Shown here: positions 50,666-60,536 of the stretch, in pieces
Position numbering within the stretch: the first letter of the stretch is position 1
Layout: the number at the start of each line of letters is the position of its first letter
Source: Candidatus Hodarchaeota archaeon
GTDB taxonomy: Archaea; Asgardarchaeota; Lokiarchaeia; Sigyniarchaeales; SOKP01
DNA length: 64,000 bases
NCBI GenBank assembly: GCA_048886685.1
Contig: JBHLKM010000008.1
Location: forward strand, 107,897-171,896
Direction of reading: 5' to 3'
Notes under the pieces: model-generated
Database searches by the model: none
Seen by the model: the letters and a program-made list of their open reading frames with translations, nothing else
Told to the model about the DNA's origin: nothing
Made by a program: the position numbers and the translations under genes

Positions 50666-51550
50666 ATGCCTTTTAAAATTTTAAAAAAAATCCAACTTGG
50701 AAAAAGTGGTACATTATTTGAAATTGATATTTACGCCCCGCTAATAGCTAAGAAAGCATTTGCAGGTAACTTTATACTTCTTAGAATTAATGAAACAGGG
50801 GAGCGAATTCCCTTAACAATTGCTGATTATGATACTGATAACGGAACATTAACTATCGTTTTTCAAGTAATTGGAAAAAGTACAAAACTTCTTTCTACTC
50901 TGAATGTAGAAGATGAAATTTTAGATGTTGTTGGACCATTAGGTAATAGAATTCATACTGAAAAATATGAAAATTCTGTTGTTATTGTTGGGGGTGGTGT
51001 TGGTATAGCAGAATGTTATCCCCAAGCAAAGGAATTGAAAAACATAGGAAATAACATTATATCGATAATAGGAGCAAGGACGAAAGATTTAATATTTTGG
51101 AAAGATAAAATGGCTGCTGTAACTGATACATTAATTATATGCACTGATGATGGAAGTGAAGGAATAGAGGGATTTGTAACAGATCCACTTAAAAAGCTAC
51201 TCAAAACTGAGAAAATAAGTGTTGTGATAGCGATTGGACCATTAATCATGATGAAGAACGTTTCTCTTTTAACAAATGGATTGAATAATTTGCCTAAAGT
51301 AAGAACCTATGTATCTTTAAATACAATAATGATTGATGGTACTGGAATGTGTGGGGGATGTCGATTCTCAACTCATGATGGTAACATATATTTTGCATGT
51401 GTTGAAGGACCTGATGTAGATGGGCATATAGTTGATTTTGATAATCTTTTAAATCGTTCTAAAAGATTTATTAAACAAGAACAGGAATCTTTAGAAAATT
51501 TTGAACATGAATGTAAAGCTCTAGAAAAAACAGGGGGAAATGCATCTTAG
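50666..51550 (+). CDS. nfnA: NfnA/SudB-type FAD-[2Fe-2S] subunit (ferredoxin:NADP+ oxidoreductase small subunit)
   Basis: GERIPLTI, GPLG, GGGVG, TDDGS, DGTGMCGGC..CVEGP; ATG 50666 preferred over TTG 50645. Confidence 0.88.
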   Translation: MPFKILKKIQLGKSGTLFEIDIYAPLIAKKAFAGNFILLRINETGERIPLTIADYDTDNGTLTIVFQVIGKSTKLLSTLNVEDEILDVVGPLGNRIHTEKYENSVVIVGGGVGIAECYPQAKELKNIGNNIISIIGARTKDLIFWKDKMAAVTDTLIICTDDGSEGIEGFVTDPLKKLLKTEKISVVIAIGPLIMMKNVSLLTNGLNNLPKVRTYVSLNTIMIDGTGMCGGCRFSTHDGNIYFACVEGPDVDGHIVDFDNLLNRSKRFIKQEQESLENFEHECKALEKTGGNAS

Positions 51551-54275
51551 AATGGAGTTCCAAACACCATTAATAAAAGTTTTGCTTGAGAATAAGGCTA
51601 AGATTTTAGAGGCAAAAAGATATGGCACTGAATCTGAATTTCAAAACTTCCTTAATTTAATAATTAATGCAGAAAAACAACGACAAGCTGTTTTAAAAGG
51701 GATAAAAGAAATAGGCTCTATAAATATCCAAAAATTAAAGAATAATTTGGGCATAACAGAAGAAGCCCTGATTTATAATGTAGAGTATTTAAAAGAATTA
51801 GGTTCTTTGGAATTTATTGGGGAAAAATCAAGATTTTTTCAAAAAATAATTGAAAAAAATGGTTATACTGGCTTATTTCCAAATGTTTCAATAATAAGAG
51901 ACAGAAATCTATGTTGTGGTTGTGGTTTATGTGATTCTATCTGCCCTGTAAAAGCAATAAACTATACAGGTAATACTTTTGAGCTAAAGGAAGAAGTTTG
52001 TTTCAACTGTGGGTTGTGTTTTTCATGTTGTCCAAGATCTTTCTTCCCAAAAACATTGAAAAGAATTAAAAAAAATACTCATTTAAATTCCAAATTTTCA
52101 GAACCATTGAATTATTATTATGAAATACATTCTGCTTCCACTAATGATGATCGTATAAGAGCTGTAGCTCAGAATGGAGGAATTGTTACCAGTTTGCTTA
52201 AAGCAGCTTTTCAAGAGAATTTTATTGATGCTGCTATAGCAGTAAGTGTGTCTGATGAGCCGCATAAATCTCTACCTATAATAATTGATAGTGAGGAAGG
52301 ATTATTAAGAACTGCAAGCACAAAATATACAAATTCGCCCTCTTTGAAGTTATTACGCATATCTCAAGATTATAAAAGGATTGCTGTAGTTGGTACACCT
52401 TGTATGATGAAGGCACTTAAAAAAGTCTCCTTTTATCCTCTTAATAAACCTTTTTATGAAAATATCGTCATAAAAATCGGATTATTTTGTATGGACTCAT
52501 TTAATTATGATCAAATTAAATCTGTATTGAAAAAAGAGTTTCATATAACTCCAAAAGAAGTAAAAAAAATGGATATTGACAAGGGACGATTTTATGTTTT
52601 TCATCAAGACGGTTCTATTTTTACTATGCCTGTAAAAGATCTTGTTAAATTTAGTAGACTTGAATGTTTCTTCTGTGATGATCTCACCTCAGAACAAGCC
52701 GATATTTCTGTAGGCTCTATAGGATCTGAACCTGGCTGGTCTACAGTGCTTGTAAGGACTAAAAAAGGAGTTCAATTATTTCAGAAGGCTTTAAGTCTTG
52801 GATTAATTGAAAAAAAAGAAATATTAGAGGATAGTAAAGATTTTATTACTCTAAGCAGAATTGCTAAATCTAAACAAAAGGTTTATAAGGACATATATCG
52901 ACCAAAAATGATAGAACAGGACCCAAATATAAGAATTACTAATTTTCAAGAAGTAGCTAAAGGTTTAACATTAGATATGGTAAAATTAGAATCTACAAGG
53001 TGTTTACAATGTGGAAAACCGCTTTGTATTGAAGGTTGTCCAGTAAATATAGATATTCCTCAATTCATTAGATTATTGAGGGAAGAAAAATTAATTGATG
53101 CACTAAGAGTGATGAAAGATTATAATTTATTACCGGCCATATGTGGAAGAGTGTGTCCTCAAGAAATACAATGTGAAAAAACATGTTTACTAAATAATTT
53201 AGAAGAACCAATCAGTATTGGTTATTTAGAAAGATTTATTGCTGATTGGGAAAGAATGAATGAACTCAAAGAATGTCCAGATTGTCAATCCCCAAACAAT
53301 ATTAAAGTTGCGATTATAGGTTCAGGACCAGCAGGATTAACATGTGCTGCAGAACTTGCTAAATTGGGTTATGATGTCACTATCTTTGAAGCATTACATG
53401 ATGGAGGAGGCGTATTAACTTATGGTATTCCTGAATTTAGATTACCAAAAGAGATCGTTAAAGACGAAATTGATACCTTAAAATTACTTGATGTAAAGAT
53501 TCAATATAATACGATTATAGGCAAAACGTTAACAATACAGGATTTGAAGGATCAAGGATACAAGGCTATTTTCATAGGTGTAGGCGCAGGACTCCCGATA
53601 TTCCCTAAAATAAATGGCTTAAACCTAAATGGTGTTTTAACAGCAAATGAATTTCTTACAAGAGCGAACCTAATGAAAGCTTATAAATTTCCTGAATATG
53701 ACACTCCAATTAAAGTGGGAGATATTGTTACTGTTATTGGAGGAGGAAATACGGCTCTTGATGCTTCTAGAGTTGCCAAACGATTAGGGGCCAAAAAAGT
53801 AATGGTTATTTATAGGAGATCCGAAGCAGAGATACCCGCAAGAAAAGAAGAATTTCATCATGCTATTGAAGAAGGAATCGAATTCCAGTTTTTAACTAAT
53901 CCTTTAGAGTTTATAGGTGATGAAAATGACAATGTAAAACAAATTCAGGTTATTAAAATGAAATTAGGTGAACTTGATGAATCTGGCCGACGTAGACCAA
54001 TCCCAATCGAAAATTCTGAATTTTCCATATATGCTGACACTGTTATATTAGCAATTGGTACAATAGCTAATCCAATATTAATTAAATCGCTTCCAGAATT
54101 AAAACTTGATAAATGGGGTTATATCGAAACTGATGAAAATAGTAGAACTAATTTAGAAGGAATTTATGCAGGGGGAGATATAGTTTCAGGCTCTGCAACC
54201 GTTATATCTGCCATGGGTGGTGGAAAAAAAGCTGCTCACGCCATAGATGAGTATTTAAGAAATCTATTATTATAA
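51540..54275 (+). CDS. wHTH-like + 2x[4Fe-4S] + FrhB (F420-binding) + NfnB/SudA/GltD fusion
   Basis: CCGCGLCDSICP, QNGGIVTSLL, VVGTPC, GLFC, ADISVGSIG..GWSTVLVRT; then RCLQC, CGRVCPQE, GSGPAG, GGGNTA, YRRS. Confidence 0.88.
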   Translation: MHLRMEFQTPLIKVLLENKAKILEAKRYGTESEFQNFLNLIINAEKQRQAVLKGIKEIGSINIQKLKNNLGITEEALIYNVEYLKELGSLEFIGEKSRFFQKIIEKNGYTGLFPNVSIIRDRNLCCGCGLCDSICPVKAINYTGNTFELKEEVCFNCGLCFSCCPRSFFPKTLKRIKKNTHLNSKFSEPLNYYYEIHSASTNDDRIRAVAQNGGIVTSLLKAAFQENFIDAAIAVSVSDEPHKSLPIIIDSEEGLLRTASTKYTNSPSLKLLRISQDYKRIAVVGTPCMMKALKKVSFYPLNKPFYENIVIKIGLFCMDSFNYDQIKSVLKKEFHITPKEVKKMDIDKGRFYVFHQDGSIFTMPVKDLVKFSRLECFFCDDLTSEQADISVGSIGSEPGWSTVLVRTKKGVQLFQKALSLGLIEKKEILEDSKDFITLSRIAKSKQKVYKDIYRPKMIEQDPNIRITNFQEVAKGLTLDMVKLESTRCLQCGKPLCIEGCPVNIDIPQFIRLLREEKLIDALRVMKDYNLLPAICGRVCPQEIQCEKTCLLNNLEEPISIGYLERFIADWERMNELKECPDCQSPNNIKVAIIGSGPAGLTCAAELAKLGYDVTIFEALHDGGGVLTYGIPEFRLPKEIVKDEIDTLKLLDVKIQYNTIIGKTLTIQDLKDQGYKAIFIGVGAGLPIFPKINGLNLNGVLTANEFLTRANLMKAYKFPEYDTPIKVGDIVTVIGGGNTALDASRVAKRLGAKKVMVIYRRSEAEIPARKEEFHHAIEEGIEFQFLTNPLEFIGDENDNVKQIQVIKMKLGELDESGRRRPIPIENSEFSIYADTVILAIGTIANPILIKSLPELKLDKWGYIETDENSRTNLEGIYAGGDIVSGSATVISAMGGGKKAAHAIDEYLRNLLL

Positions 54276-54456
54276 TGTTTCACCCCTTTCCCAGATTTTT
54301 CCCATAGCAAACTTTTATTGCGTTTATTTTAATATAATTAATTATTATTCAAATTAAATATAAAAAAAAGCAATTCTATTCAAGAAATTTCTAATTATTG
54401 GAGATTAATTGAACAACATTCATTCTAGCATAAAATAATAAAAAAAATTGATTAAA

Positions 54457-55707
54457 ATGAATGAGAATTTAGATCCTTTTTCAATTGCTCAACAACAACT
54501 TTATGATGCGTGTAAAATAAGTGGGTATGATTCAGAAATCTATAATGCGTTAAGCGAGCCAGAACGATTCGTTCAAATTAAAATCACAATGAAAATGGAT
54601 GATGGGTCGCTAAAGACTTTCCAAGGTTTCAGAAGCCAATATAATTCTGCTAGAGGACCAATGAAAGGTGGTATTCGGTGGCATCCTGATGAATCAGCTT
54701 CTCTTGTAAAAGCATTATCTGCATGGATGACATGGAAGACTGCTTGTGTTGATATCCCCTTAGGTGGTGCAAAAGGAGGAATTATATGTAATCCTAAAGA
54801 GATGAGTAATCGGGAAATTGAAACTTTAGCGAGAAGTTATATAAGGCAGCTCGCAGACTTTATTGGACCTAATATCGATGTACCTGCCCCAGATGTTTAT
54901 ACAAATCCACAAATTATGGCATACATGCAAGATGAATATGAAAAAATAGTACGCCATCATGCACCCTCAGTTATTACTGGCAAGCCTTTACCTTTGGGTG
55001 GTAGTGCTGGAAGGTCAATAGCAACAGCTAAAGGGGGAGTTTATACAGTTAGAGAGGCTGCAAAAGACATAGGATTGAACTTAAATGGTGCAACTGTAGC
55101 AATTCAAGGATATGGTAATGCTGGATCATGGGCAGCTAAAATTCTACATGATGATTTCAATTGTAAAATCATAGCTGTATCAGATTCTAGAGGTGGCATT
55201 TATAATGAAGATGGTTTAAACCCTTACGCTGCAGGTGAGCATAAAGAAAAAACAAGATCAGTAGTAGGAACTAAGGGTTCAAAAGAAATTTCAAACGAAG
55301 AATTATTGGAGTTAGAATGTGATGTTTTAATACCTGCGGCATTAGAAAATGTTATAACTAGAAATAACGCAGATAATATAAATACCAAAATTATTGCGGA
55401 ATTGGCAAATGGCCCAACAACACCTGATGCAGATACTATACTTTTTGAAAAAGGAGTTCTTGTTATACCTGATTTTTTGTGTAATGCTGGTGGGGTTACT
55501 GTATCATATTTCGAAATGGTGCAAGGTTATTACCGATATTTCTGGACAGAAACAGAAGTTTTTGAAGCATTGGATAGAGTTATGACGAGAGCTTATCGTT
55601 CTACAGTTGATCAATCAGAGAGATTCAATACCCATAATAGAATGGGGGCATATATTATCTCTTTAGAGCGTGTGATATCTGCAATGAGACTTAGAGGGTG
55701 GATTTGA
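54457..55707 (+). CDS. gdhA: Glutamate dehydrogenase
   Basis: KGGIRWHP, MTWK, GGAKGG, DVPAPD, TGKP, QGYGNAG, ELANGP, NAGGV. Confidence 0.95.
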   Translation: MNENLDPFSIAQQQLYDACKISGYDSEIYNALSEPERFVQIKITMKMDDGSLKTFQGFRSQYNSARGPMKGGIRWHPDESASLVKALSAWMTWKTACVDIPLGGAKGGIICNPKEMSNREIETLARSYIRQLADFIGPNIDVPAPDVYTNPQIMAYMQDEYEKIVRHHAPSVITGKPLPLGGSAGRSIATAKGGVYTVREAAKDIGLNLNGATVAIQGYGNAGSWAAKILHDDFNCKIIAVSDSRGGIYNEDGLNPYAAGEHKEKTRSVVGTKGSKEISNEELLELECDVLIPAALENVITRNNADNINTKIIAELANGPTTPDADTILFEKGVLVIPDFLCNAGGVTVSYFEMVQGYYRYFWTETEVFEALDRVMTRAYRSTVDQSERFNTHNRMGAYIISLERVISAMRLRGWI

Positions 55708-55747
55708 TTCAGATTTGATTTAAGGAATTTTTTCTTTTTTATTCCTT

Positions 55748-57052
55748 TTATCCAAATATTGGGACGATGATCAATAACGATATTATAGAGATTCCGATAT
55801 GAATTGATGCAAATAAAGAACCCATTTTAAGCAAACGCTTATAATTTAAATTATCTACTCCTGAATCTCTAGCTATTTTTAAAGTCATCATATCGGCAGC
55901 AGCACCTTGAGGTATGAAATTCCCCCCAAGATTTATTCCTATTAAAAAAGCAAAGAGAAGAGGAATTGGTGAAAAGTCATGTATAAGAGGATTTACCAAG
56001 GTTTGAACAATAGGAATGAAAATTAATGCAGTTGGTGTATTTGCAACGACACCAGAAATAGCACTGATTATTATGAGGAGAAAGAATGAAATCCAGAATG
56101 GATTTAATATTTCAAAAGATATATTTTCAAAAATTTCTGCAAATCCGGCTTCAATTAAACATCCAACAACCACATACAAGGATATGAAGAAAAAAATAAT
56201 TTCCCATTCAATATCTTTTAATAACTCACTCATAGGTTTTTTTGTATATTTTCTATTAGCCAAAACTAAGATAAGTGCAGAAATAGCGGCGGTTAAATAA
56301 AGTATTGGGAGAAGCCCAAATAAAATGATTGTAATAATAATTGCTATTCCATTAAAATAGAACATCTTCTTGTTTTTAACCATTATATCAGTATCAATTA
56401 AGTCTATTACGAATTTTTTTTGCATTTCTTCTATCTTAGGCTCTTTTTTCAGCCAAAATCGATCGAGTAAAAATATTGTTGCAAAAAGTAAGATAAATGA
56501 AATTATCCAATAATTTTGAATGAAATATAAGGTGTCAAGATTAAATGCAGCAGAGATGATGATGTTTTCTCCACTTGAAAAAGGTGTTATTATCGAACCA
56601 ATATTGATACAAATAGTCATCCCTAATAAATAGGTTCCTGATCTAATTTTTAGAAAATGACACAATCGAATGACTATTGGTGCTAAAATTAACACTACGA
56701 CAACATCACTTATAATTGCCGCTAAGAAGGTAGTAATAATACATAATAACCAAAAAAAAATACGCTGATCACCTTTAGATAATTTAAAAAGTTTTACGGC
56801 AACAAATTCTAAGATATTAGAGTCTTGAGCAATTTTAGTTATAAGACTCATGCTTAATATGATTATGATTGCTGACCATTCTATAAAGGAGATAAAATCA
56901 TCTATATCTGTTCCTCTTCTCATAAATGTTATTGTAGCAGCAATAAAGCAACATAATAGTGAAATTGCGACAAAGTCTAAATTAGATTTAGAATAACTTA
57001 GAATAATCAAAGCAAACAAAACAAAAATGATGATAAGAAGTACCAGATCCAT
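55748..57052 (-). CDS. ArsB/NhaD/SLC13-family ion transporter
   Basis: About 12 TMs; NIGSIITPFSSGEN, SGVVANTP, NLGGNFIPQGAAA. Confidence 0.8.
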   Translation of the reverse strand: MDLVLLIIIFVLFALIILSYSKSNLDFVAISLLCCFIAATITFMRRGTDIDDFISFIEWSAIIIILSMSLITKIAQDSNILEFVAVKLFKLSKGDQRIFFWLLCIITTFLAAIISDVVVVLILAPIVIRLCHFLKIRSGTYLLGMTICINIGSIITPFSSGENIIISAAFNLDTLYFIQNYWIISFILLFATIFLLDRFWLKKEPKIEEMQKKFVIDLIDTDIMVKNKKMFYFNGIAIIITIILFGLLPILYLTAAISALILVLANRKYTKKPMSELLKDIEWEIIFFFISLYVVVGCLIEAGFAEIFENISFEILNPFWISFFLLIIISAISGVVANTPTALIFIPIVQTLVNPLIHDFSPIPLLFAFLIGINLGGNFIPQGAAADMMTLKIARDSGVDNLNYKRLLKMGSLFASIHIGISIISLLIIVPIFG

Positions 57053-57235
57053 GATTATGTAACACTTTTTTCAAAAAATCAATTAATAATTTTAAATAAA
57101 TTGCTTTTAATAAATCTATTTGAAATCAATCATGTTCAATTTAAGAGCAAACTAATTAGAAGTATTAAAGATTTATTTTATATCTTCTTCCTATTTGTAA
57201 TAAAAATTGAAATAACCTAATAATTTAAAGATAAA

Positions 57236-58081
57236 TTACTTTAATAAAAAAAGCTGAATAAGAAAAATAAATAAATTCAAGTCATTAAGAAGAGAGAAGT
57301 TTGAGATAAGGTAATCAAAAATATTTTCTTCTATGAAAAGTTTTATTGATGCATAATATCCTTCTTCATCCTTAAGGATTTCTACCATGCGCTTGATTAG
57401 ATTTATGAGTTGTTTTTCAACAATAATCGTATCACAGTTCATAGGATTTATGTTAATTATATTAATTCCCGTCTTTCTTTGAAATGTTATACTGCTTAAT
57501 TCAGTATTTTTTCTTATGATCTCTAACTGAGAATAATTTTGAAACATAATCTCAATCTTCTTATATATTCTTTTCTTCTTTTTTTCGCTAAAATGACCTT
57601 CAATAACATTTATAACTAAATTTAATATTTGTTGAAATATTCCTAACATATCGACAAATTCTGCAACAGTAGTTATGTGTTCAGCTTGTTTCCATTGAGT
57701 ATAGAATTCATCTATAGTGTTTTCAAATGGTTTATAGATTTCGACATTTCCTGCCCATTTACTCCCCCATCGATTTTTTTCACTAGCATATTGTTGTATA
57801 AACGTGTGCCGTATTACATCCAATCTCGATCTTAATGTATCACCACTCACATCTTTAGAATCTGCTCCTATAAATAGAAGATTAGTTTCCTTATCTTGTA
57901 TATAAGCCCATCTTAATCCCCCCATTTCGATAGAATCTATTCCCTGCTTAAATTCCACTATGGTAAATTGATTTAGAGCTGTTAGAAGCCCAGAAACAAG
58001 ATCTTCATTCACTGGAAAGTCCATGTATGGTTTGTACACTAAAGTAATTCCTGAGTCAGATTCCATAACCCAAATGTTAAT
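57236..58081 (-). CDS. Longin-like N-terminal domain protein (probable ATT start; ORF track start ATG 58066)
   Basis: (M)NIWVMESDSGITLVY..DLVSGLLTALNQF..IDSIEMGGLRWAY..LLFIG. Confidence 0.65.
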   Translation of the reverse strand: MNIWVMESDSGITLVYKPYMDFPVNEDLVSGLLTALNQFTIVEFKQGIDSIEMGGLRWAYIQDKETNLLFIGADSKDVSGDTLRSRLDVIRHTFIQQYASEKNRWGSKWAGNVEIYKPFENTIDEFYTQWKQAEHITTVAEFVDMLGIFQQILNLVINVIEGHFSEKKKKRIYKKIEIMFQNYSQLEIIRKNTELSSITFQRKTGINIININPMNCDTIIVEKQLINLIKRMVEILKDEEGYYASIKLFIEENIFDYLISNFSLLNDLNLFIFLIQLFLLK

Positions 58082-58212
58082 TCTAAAACACCAAATCGAC
58101 CATTAAATTATATAAATAATATTTTTCCAAGCCTAATACTAAAAACTTACACTAAAGAATATTAATTTTAGTCTTAATTAAAATATGGATTTAAACCTTA
58201 TAAATTCACTAT

Positions 58213-58704
58213 TTACAATAAATCTTCTAAAGAATTATTTCTTACCCAACGTTCTAGTTTTCTTAACATCTCTGTTATTTTATTTCTCAAGGTAAGTTCA
58301 GCTACGCTTTTCCCAATAAGATTGAGAAATTCACTCCCTAATTTGAAACTCTTTATAAATACTCCTAATTTGGATTTATTGTCTGACAAAGCCTTAATCC
58401 TTAACCTTCCTTCAAGTTCTCTAACATCCTTATTATTCCGAACGTTTAATTCAATTAATCGTCCTTTCCCTTCTTCTTGTTCACCCTCATCCTGCAGAAC
58501 TAATTCTCCTTCCATTTCGATGGGAATATTTATAATCTCATCAGTTACCTTACTATATAAAACATTTGGTGAAATGAATTTTGCATCCATTTTCTTTGCT
58601 GGATTAACAGTTTCCCAAAATTTCACAGAATAAAATGCTTTTATAAGTAAATCCTTGTTACAATTATCTAATTCTACGACTTTAGAAATAATGTTTGATG
58701 TCAA
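58213..58704 (-). CDS. Hypothetical protein, possible START/SRPBCC-like fold
   Basis: Beta-rich middle region and long C-terminal helix. Confidence 0.5.
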   Translation of the reverse strand: MTSNIISKVVELDNCNKDLLIKAFYSVKFWETVNPAKKMDAKFISPNVLYSKVTDEIINIPIEMEGELVLQDEGEQEEGKGRLIELNVRNNKDVRELEGRLRIKALSDNKSKLGVFIKSFKLGSEFLNLIGKSVAELTLRNKITEMLRKLERWVRNNSLEDLL

Positions 58705-58946
58705 AATACAATACCAATCTCAAAATTTTCTTAATTATTAAAATATTGAAAGCTTATAATAGTTTATATCTTTAATAAAGGTTTTGAGAATAGATGATTT
58801 TTTTTTTAGTTTTCCTAATAGTTTTGCCTCAGTCTTCCTCTGATTTAATCATTTTTTCTGAAAAAATCATGAAATATTTGTTTTCATCATAGGCTAAATT
58901 ATGTTTTGAGTCTGTTTTCGAAAATAAAGTAAATGAGAAAAAATTC

Positions 58947-59150
58947 TTATGTTGATCTAAATAACTTACTCTCTTCGAGATTATTCTCTTCTTTACAATG
59001 AGGACAAATCCATGTTTCATCATTTTTCTTTGTAGAATTTATGCAATCATGGCAAATAGCCACATCGCATATACAATAGTAAGTATCTTCTATTGTACTT
59101 TCACAGCTTTTACCACATATAAAACATTCAGGGGGATGGTGGTCTGACAT
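58947..59150 (-). CDS. Stand-alone C4C4 RING-like zinc finger protein
   Basis: CFIC..CIC-x4-CHDC..CPHC. Confidence 0.7.
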   Translation of the reverse strand: MSDHHPPECFICGKSCESTIEDTYYCICDVAICHDCINSTKKNDETWICPHCKEENNLEESKLFRST

Positions 59151-59245
59151 TTTACAATTATACTAATTGAATTTAATTTTTTCTATATTATACTTTTAAT
59201 TCGAAGTAATATATTACTTTAATTATTAGATATAACTTAGTAATC

Positions 59246-59440
59246 ATGGATAGATTACATTCGACTCTTCGGTTATTATCGCTTGTTAGTATTTTTTTTA
59301 TTTATAGAGCAATTATGGGAGCAATTAATGATAAATCCAATGAAGTTATTCTATGGTCATTAATTACGATAGTTTATGTTATTTCACTTGTTGTAGCCTA
59401 TTTTGTTCTTACAAGAGGGGAAAAGGAGCAAAAAGCTTAA
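59246..59440 (+). CDS. Small 2-TM membrane protein
   Basis: Two hydrophobic helices. Confidence 0.6.
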   Translation: MDRLHSTLRLLSLVSIFFIYRAIMGAINDKSNEVILWSLITIVYVISLVVAYFVLTRGEKEQKA

Positions 59441-59449
59441 TCTTAAAAT

Positions 59450-59728
59450 TTATTTCTTTTTCTTTAAAAAATCTGGAATCATCCCATCAATTCCAAGACT
59501 CTTCAAAATTGTATCTCTAATATTCATTTGAATTGTTAACTCTGACATTTGTTTCATAGTATCTTCCAAGGCTTTTGAAAATAGTTCACTCGCTTCTTTA
59601 ATAGTGTGAGAAGTTAACTCTAAAGATTCCCTAATAGCAAGATTGGTATCATGTAGTTCCTCTGTTAGTTTTTCCAGACTCTTACGCATTTCAGATAGTT
59701 CCTCTTTAAGTTCTTTTATTCCAGCCAT
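59450..59728 (-). CDS. Small coiled-coil protein
   Basis: Heptad-rich helical sequence. Confidence 0.65.
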   Translation of the reverse strand: MAGIKELKEELSEMRKSLEKLTEELHDTNLAIRESLELTSHTIKEASELFSKALEDTMKQMSELTIQMNIRDTILKSLGIDGMIPDFLKKKK

Positions 59729-59846
59729 TTTTCCATTAATTTCGTTGTTAAGCTAAATAAATATTTACTATATATTAAAATTAGTAACTCCTATTGGATA
59801 AAATTATATTTATACACGATGAAAGAGATAAAAAAAAGAGTTTGAA

Positions 59847-60536
59847 TTATAAAATATTTAAACCAAAGATACTTACTCCCCAAATCCATAACGCAAATCC
59901 CTGAACTAGGCAAAAAATCATTATAATGAACGCAATAGGAGGCCATGAAAGAAATTTCGATATTTTTTTCAACACTCCAACATAGAATTTTACAGTAAGT
60001 GCAACTATTACTGTTACAATTATAAATATTATTACCAGTAACCACTTTGGATTGATCACATCTGCAATCAATGTAACTGCTGAATCTGGCACGAGTATAG
60101 CTATTACAACAACCGTAACTGTACCTGCTAAAAGACCAATTATACTGGACAATGGAAGATCGCTTATTGGTTTCATGAACATGGTAATTCCTATTATGAT
60201 CAAAAAGATACATGTAAAATGATTTGCAGCATCTTCGGTTACATCTCGATATTCAAAACTGGGAGGTATATTTCTGATTAACCCAATAGCACCTGACCAC
60301 ACGACAAATACTCCAAGTACTAAACCAAGATAAGATAATCCCCGTAAAAACTTAGTTATATCAAACTCTTCTTGTTCCACTTTTCTTTTTGTAAATGATC
60401 CTCTTCGCTTTCTTTCAAAGCCTAGCCAAGTAATCGCCATTAAACCACTTAAAACCATCATAATTGCGGCTGATTCTGCAACCCAATTAAAAAAACCTCT
60501 GATCGCATCCCAATAATCAAATAGCATATAAATCAC
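59847..60536 (-). CDS. Multi-pass membrane protein of unknown function
   Basis: About 6 hydrophobic segments. Confidence 0.7.
   Translation of the reverse strand: MIYMLFDYWDAIRGFFNWVAESAAIMMVLSGLMAITWLGFERKRRGSFTKRKVEQEEFDITKFLRGLSYLGLVLGVFVVWSGAIGLIRNIPPSFEYRDVTEDAANHFTCIFLIIIGITMFMKPISDLPLSSIIGLLAGTVTVVVIAILVPDSAVTLIADVINPKWLLVIIFIIVTVIVALTVKFYVGVLKKISKFLSWPPIAFIIMIFCLVQGFALWIWGVSIFGLNIL

Noticed and set aside
54276-54310. Two TTCCCA half-sites upstream of gdhA
   Set aside because: No matching GGG arm at 8-nt spacing, so not counted as the operator.
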